From IMG/VR virus record IMGVR_UViG_2767802105_000001, positions 17,248 through 81,247 of that record: a DNA stretch of 64,000 nucleotides. One strand, written 5' to 3'. Under the pieces are notes generated by a model. That model ran no database searches, was not told where the DNA came from, and worked only from the letters and a program-made list of their open reading frames with translations. The stretch is from a virus (Duplodnaviria; Caudoviricetes). Shown one piece after another: positions 61,957-64,000 of the stretch; positions within the stretch are counted from its first letter, which is position 1, and the number at the start of each line of letters is the position of its first letter. A program made the translations under genes and the position numbers.

Positions 61957-62154
61957 ATGCACGAACTGCTCATGGCTGACCTGGGGCCCGGCTTCTACGG
62001 CTTCCAAGGTCGAATAGCTGGGAGAATCGTGTGTGTTGCGACGCCCCAGGTCGAACACGATGCACAAGCACGACGCACCGTGCGCGACCTGATCAAGCGT
62101 CAAGGAGGCGACTGCGCCTCGTGCAAGGCCTGCATCATCGGCCAGCACACGTAG
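61957..62154 (+). CDS. Small Cys-containing protein
   Basis: AAGGGGGAG RBS; CASCKAC. Confidence 0.6.
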   Translation: MHELLMADLGPGFYGFQGRIAGRIVCVATPQVEHDAQARRTVRDLIKRQGGDCASCKACIIGQHT

Positions 62155-62225
62155 CGCAGCCGCAGCGGCGGGGCCGGCGGCAGGGGTGCAGCCGGCCACC
62201 CGCACCAGCACCCAAGGGGCGGACC

Positions 62226-63635
62226 ATGGCCTACACCGAGTGGCGCGGGAACACCTGCAGAGTCGTCTGGAACACGCGGAAGAAAAACAACCGCGGCAAA
62301 TGGATCTACGACCAGAAGGGTGGCTTCACCGACGAGATCGAGGCCAAGAACTACGGCCTCGACCGGGAAGCCGAGATTCGCAACGACGACTACATCTCCC
62401 GCCGGGACGGCGCCACCACCGTCGGCGAGTACGCCAAGACCTGGGTCGACACCCTCGACGTCGGCCACCTGCGGGACAAGGCCATCCGGTCCATGCTGCG
62501 GCTGTACATCGTGCCGCGGTGGGGCGAGACCGCCGTCGCCGACGTCCAGCCCTCCACCTACAGGGCGTGGAAGAAACAGCTCAAAGCGCTGCCCAATGTG
62601 GGCGACAAGTACGGGGAAGAGATCCTCACTGTCTTCTCCATGCTCATGGACGACGCCGTCGACGACGGGCTCCGCAAGACTTCCCCCGTGCAGACGGGGC
62701 GCAAGCAGCGCCGCGGCCGGTACAAGAAGAAGCCGCGCGAGCGGAAGCGCGAGATGCGTATCGAGGACGTGCACCAGCTCGCCTGCAACGCGCTCGACTT
62801 CTGGGGCCTGGACGGCTTCGTCTTCGTGTGGACGATGGCGTGCACCGGCATGCGGCCCGCCGAGCTGTATGCCCTGCGCCGCGTCTACTCCCACCCGGCC
62901 TGGCCGGCTACCGATCCCCTGGACGACCCGGAGGAGACCGACCGCGAGGAGCGGCACGCCGACGACCTGGAGCGGTATGGGCCCGACCTGATGCCCGCGG
63001 TCAGGGTGCAGTGGCAGCACCAGCGGGAGAAGGGCGTGCTGAAGCTGTTCCCGCCGAAGTACGAGAGCAGGCGGACGCTGGTGGTGCCGCCGTTCCTGGC
63101 GGAGCTGCTGGAGCTGCTCCTCGACAGCCACGACGGCGAGTACGTGTTCCGGTCGATCGCGGGCGGTCTGCTGGCGAACGCGAACTTCGCCTACCACTAC
63201 TGGCGACCGATCGCTGACGGCCGGCCCGCCTCGGAGGAGTTCGAGAGGATCCGGCTCGGGCAGCCCCAGAAGGTCACCTCACGCCGGCCTGTTCCTGCGC
63301 TGCCCAAGACCGCCTACGCCGGCAAGCGGCTGTACCTGCTGCGGCACGGTCACAAGGAGTGGATCGACGAGGCTGGCGGTGTGCACTCCCGGATTGCGGT
63401 GGAGACGCGGATGGGGCACGAGGTGGCGGGGGTTGAGGGTCTGTACGCGAACGTGACAACGGCGATGGAGCAGCGGATGATGGATTCGCTGCAGAAGCGT
63501 TTCGAGCGCTTCGTGCGGGCGACGGAGTGGGAGAAGTCGCCAGGTTCTCCCAGTCGTCTCCCAGAGGGCCTTGCCGAGTGGTGGAAACGGCAGGTCACAG
63601 CGGCCGAGGCTGCTGATCCATGTACTGGTTCATGA
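62226..63635 (+). CDS. int: Tyrosine integrase
   Basis: TGMRPAEL, PPKYE, LLRHGH, RMGH, GLY catalytic motifs. Confidence 0.92.
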   Translation: MAYTEWRGNTCRVVWNTRKKNNRGKWIYDQKGGFTDEIEAKNYGLDREAEIRNDDYISRRDGATTVGEYAKTWVDTLDVGHLRDKAIRSMLRLYIVPRWGETAVADVQPSTYRAWKKQLKALPNVGDKYGEEILTVFSMLMDDAVDDGLRKTSPVQTGRKQRRGRYKKKPRERKREMRIEDVHQLACNALDFWGLDGFVFVWTMACTGMRPAELYALRRVYSHPAWPATDPLDDPEETDREERHADDLERYGPDLMPAVRVQWQHQREKGVLKLFPPKYESRRTLVVPPFLAELLELLLDSHDGEYVFRSIAGGLLANANFAYHYWRPIADGRPASEEFERIRLGQPQKVTSRRPVPALPKTAYAGKRLYLLRHGHKEWIDEAGGVHSRIAVETRMGHEVAGVEGLYANVTTAMEQRMMDSLQKRFERFVRATEWEKSPGSPSRLPEGLAEWWKRQVTAAEAADPCTGS

Positions 63636-63757
63636 AGTTCATCTCGACCAAGAGCTTCATGCCGTTCGTCTGGTACCGCATCGCCCTCGGCGTCGTCATC
63701 ATCGCGCTGGTCGCGGCCGGTGTCCTCAGCCCGCACGCGGCGGAGTCCGCCGGCTGA
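63626..63757 (+). pseudogene. uppP: Displaced 3' end of host undecaprenyl-diphosphate phosphatase; marks the att junction
   Basis: WFMKFISTKSFMPFVWYRIALGVVIIALVAAGVLSPHAAESAG* has the UppP/BacA C-terminal F..YR motif and no upstream part. Confidence 0.8.
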
Positions 63758-63820
63758 CCGCGACGGATCGTGTAGCCGTCCGGTAGCGCAGCGTCAGTGC
63801 TTGCCCCTAGGCTGGTCCGC

Positions 63821-64000
63821 ATGTCCCCCGATGACGTGACCCCTGGTTCCGTGCGGTCCGCCGCGGAACTGAACGATCAGATCCGCGCGCTGTGGCGGCG
63901 CACGGGCGGGACCCTGTCCGCCCAGGAGCGCGTGGAGTACGAGTTGCTGGTGGTCGAGTGGGCGACCGCGATCCGCGGCGAGGTCATCGAGGCGGCCTGA
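63821..64000 (+). CDS. Host small hypothetical protein
   Basis: VRSAAELNDQIRALW...EYELLVVEWA. Confidence 0.65.
   Translation: MSPDDVTPGSVRSAAELNDQIRALWRRTGGTLSAQERVEYELLVVEWATAIRGEVIEAA

Larger units (their letters stand above)
1..63635. mobile_element. Temperate siphovirus prophage (left end outside window)
   Basis: Contiguous tail, head, packaging, replication, recombination, immunity and integrase genes; host-like sequence resumes at about 63626. Confidence 0.95.

Noticed and set aside
1-64000. CRISPR array, tRNA, rRNA, reverse transcriptase/DGR, transposase
   Set aside because: No spaced repeats, cloverleaf, RT or DDE motifs recognised by eye

Overview
High-GC actinobacterial (Streptomyces-like) DNA that is almost entirely one temperate siphovirus prophage. 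The right junction is at about 63626, where a tyrosine integrase runs into the displaced 3' end of a host uppP/bacA-like gene. The left end, including lysis genes, lies outside the window. Reading from the right: integrase and a CI/Cro-like switch (60.6-63.6 kb); a leftward early operon with phage DnaN, YqaJ/RecT, initiator, DnaC-like loader, DnaB and three C5-cytosine methyltransferases (41-60 kb); an accessory island with GIY-YIG nuclease, Panacea-type TA pair and a secreted nuclease (37.4-41.1 kb); a Streptomyces plasmid/AICE-type conjugation module with TraB, Spd-like membrane proteins, clt-like repeats and KorSA-like GntR but no own Rep or Int (28-37 kb); small accessory genes including a stand-alone alarmone-hydrolase-like HD protein (22.6-28 kb); a packaging module transcribed divergently from the head-tail operon (17.2-22.6 kb); and head-tail genes (0-17 kb). 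Most notable: a possible conjugative prophage, a methyltransferase with a nested alternative-frame repeat protein, a second methyltransferase split at a G9 tract, and a clamp-motif micropeptide coupled to phage dnaN. All family assignments are from motif recognition by eye; no database searches were run.
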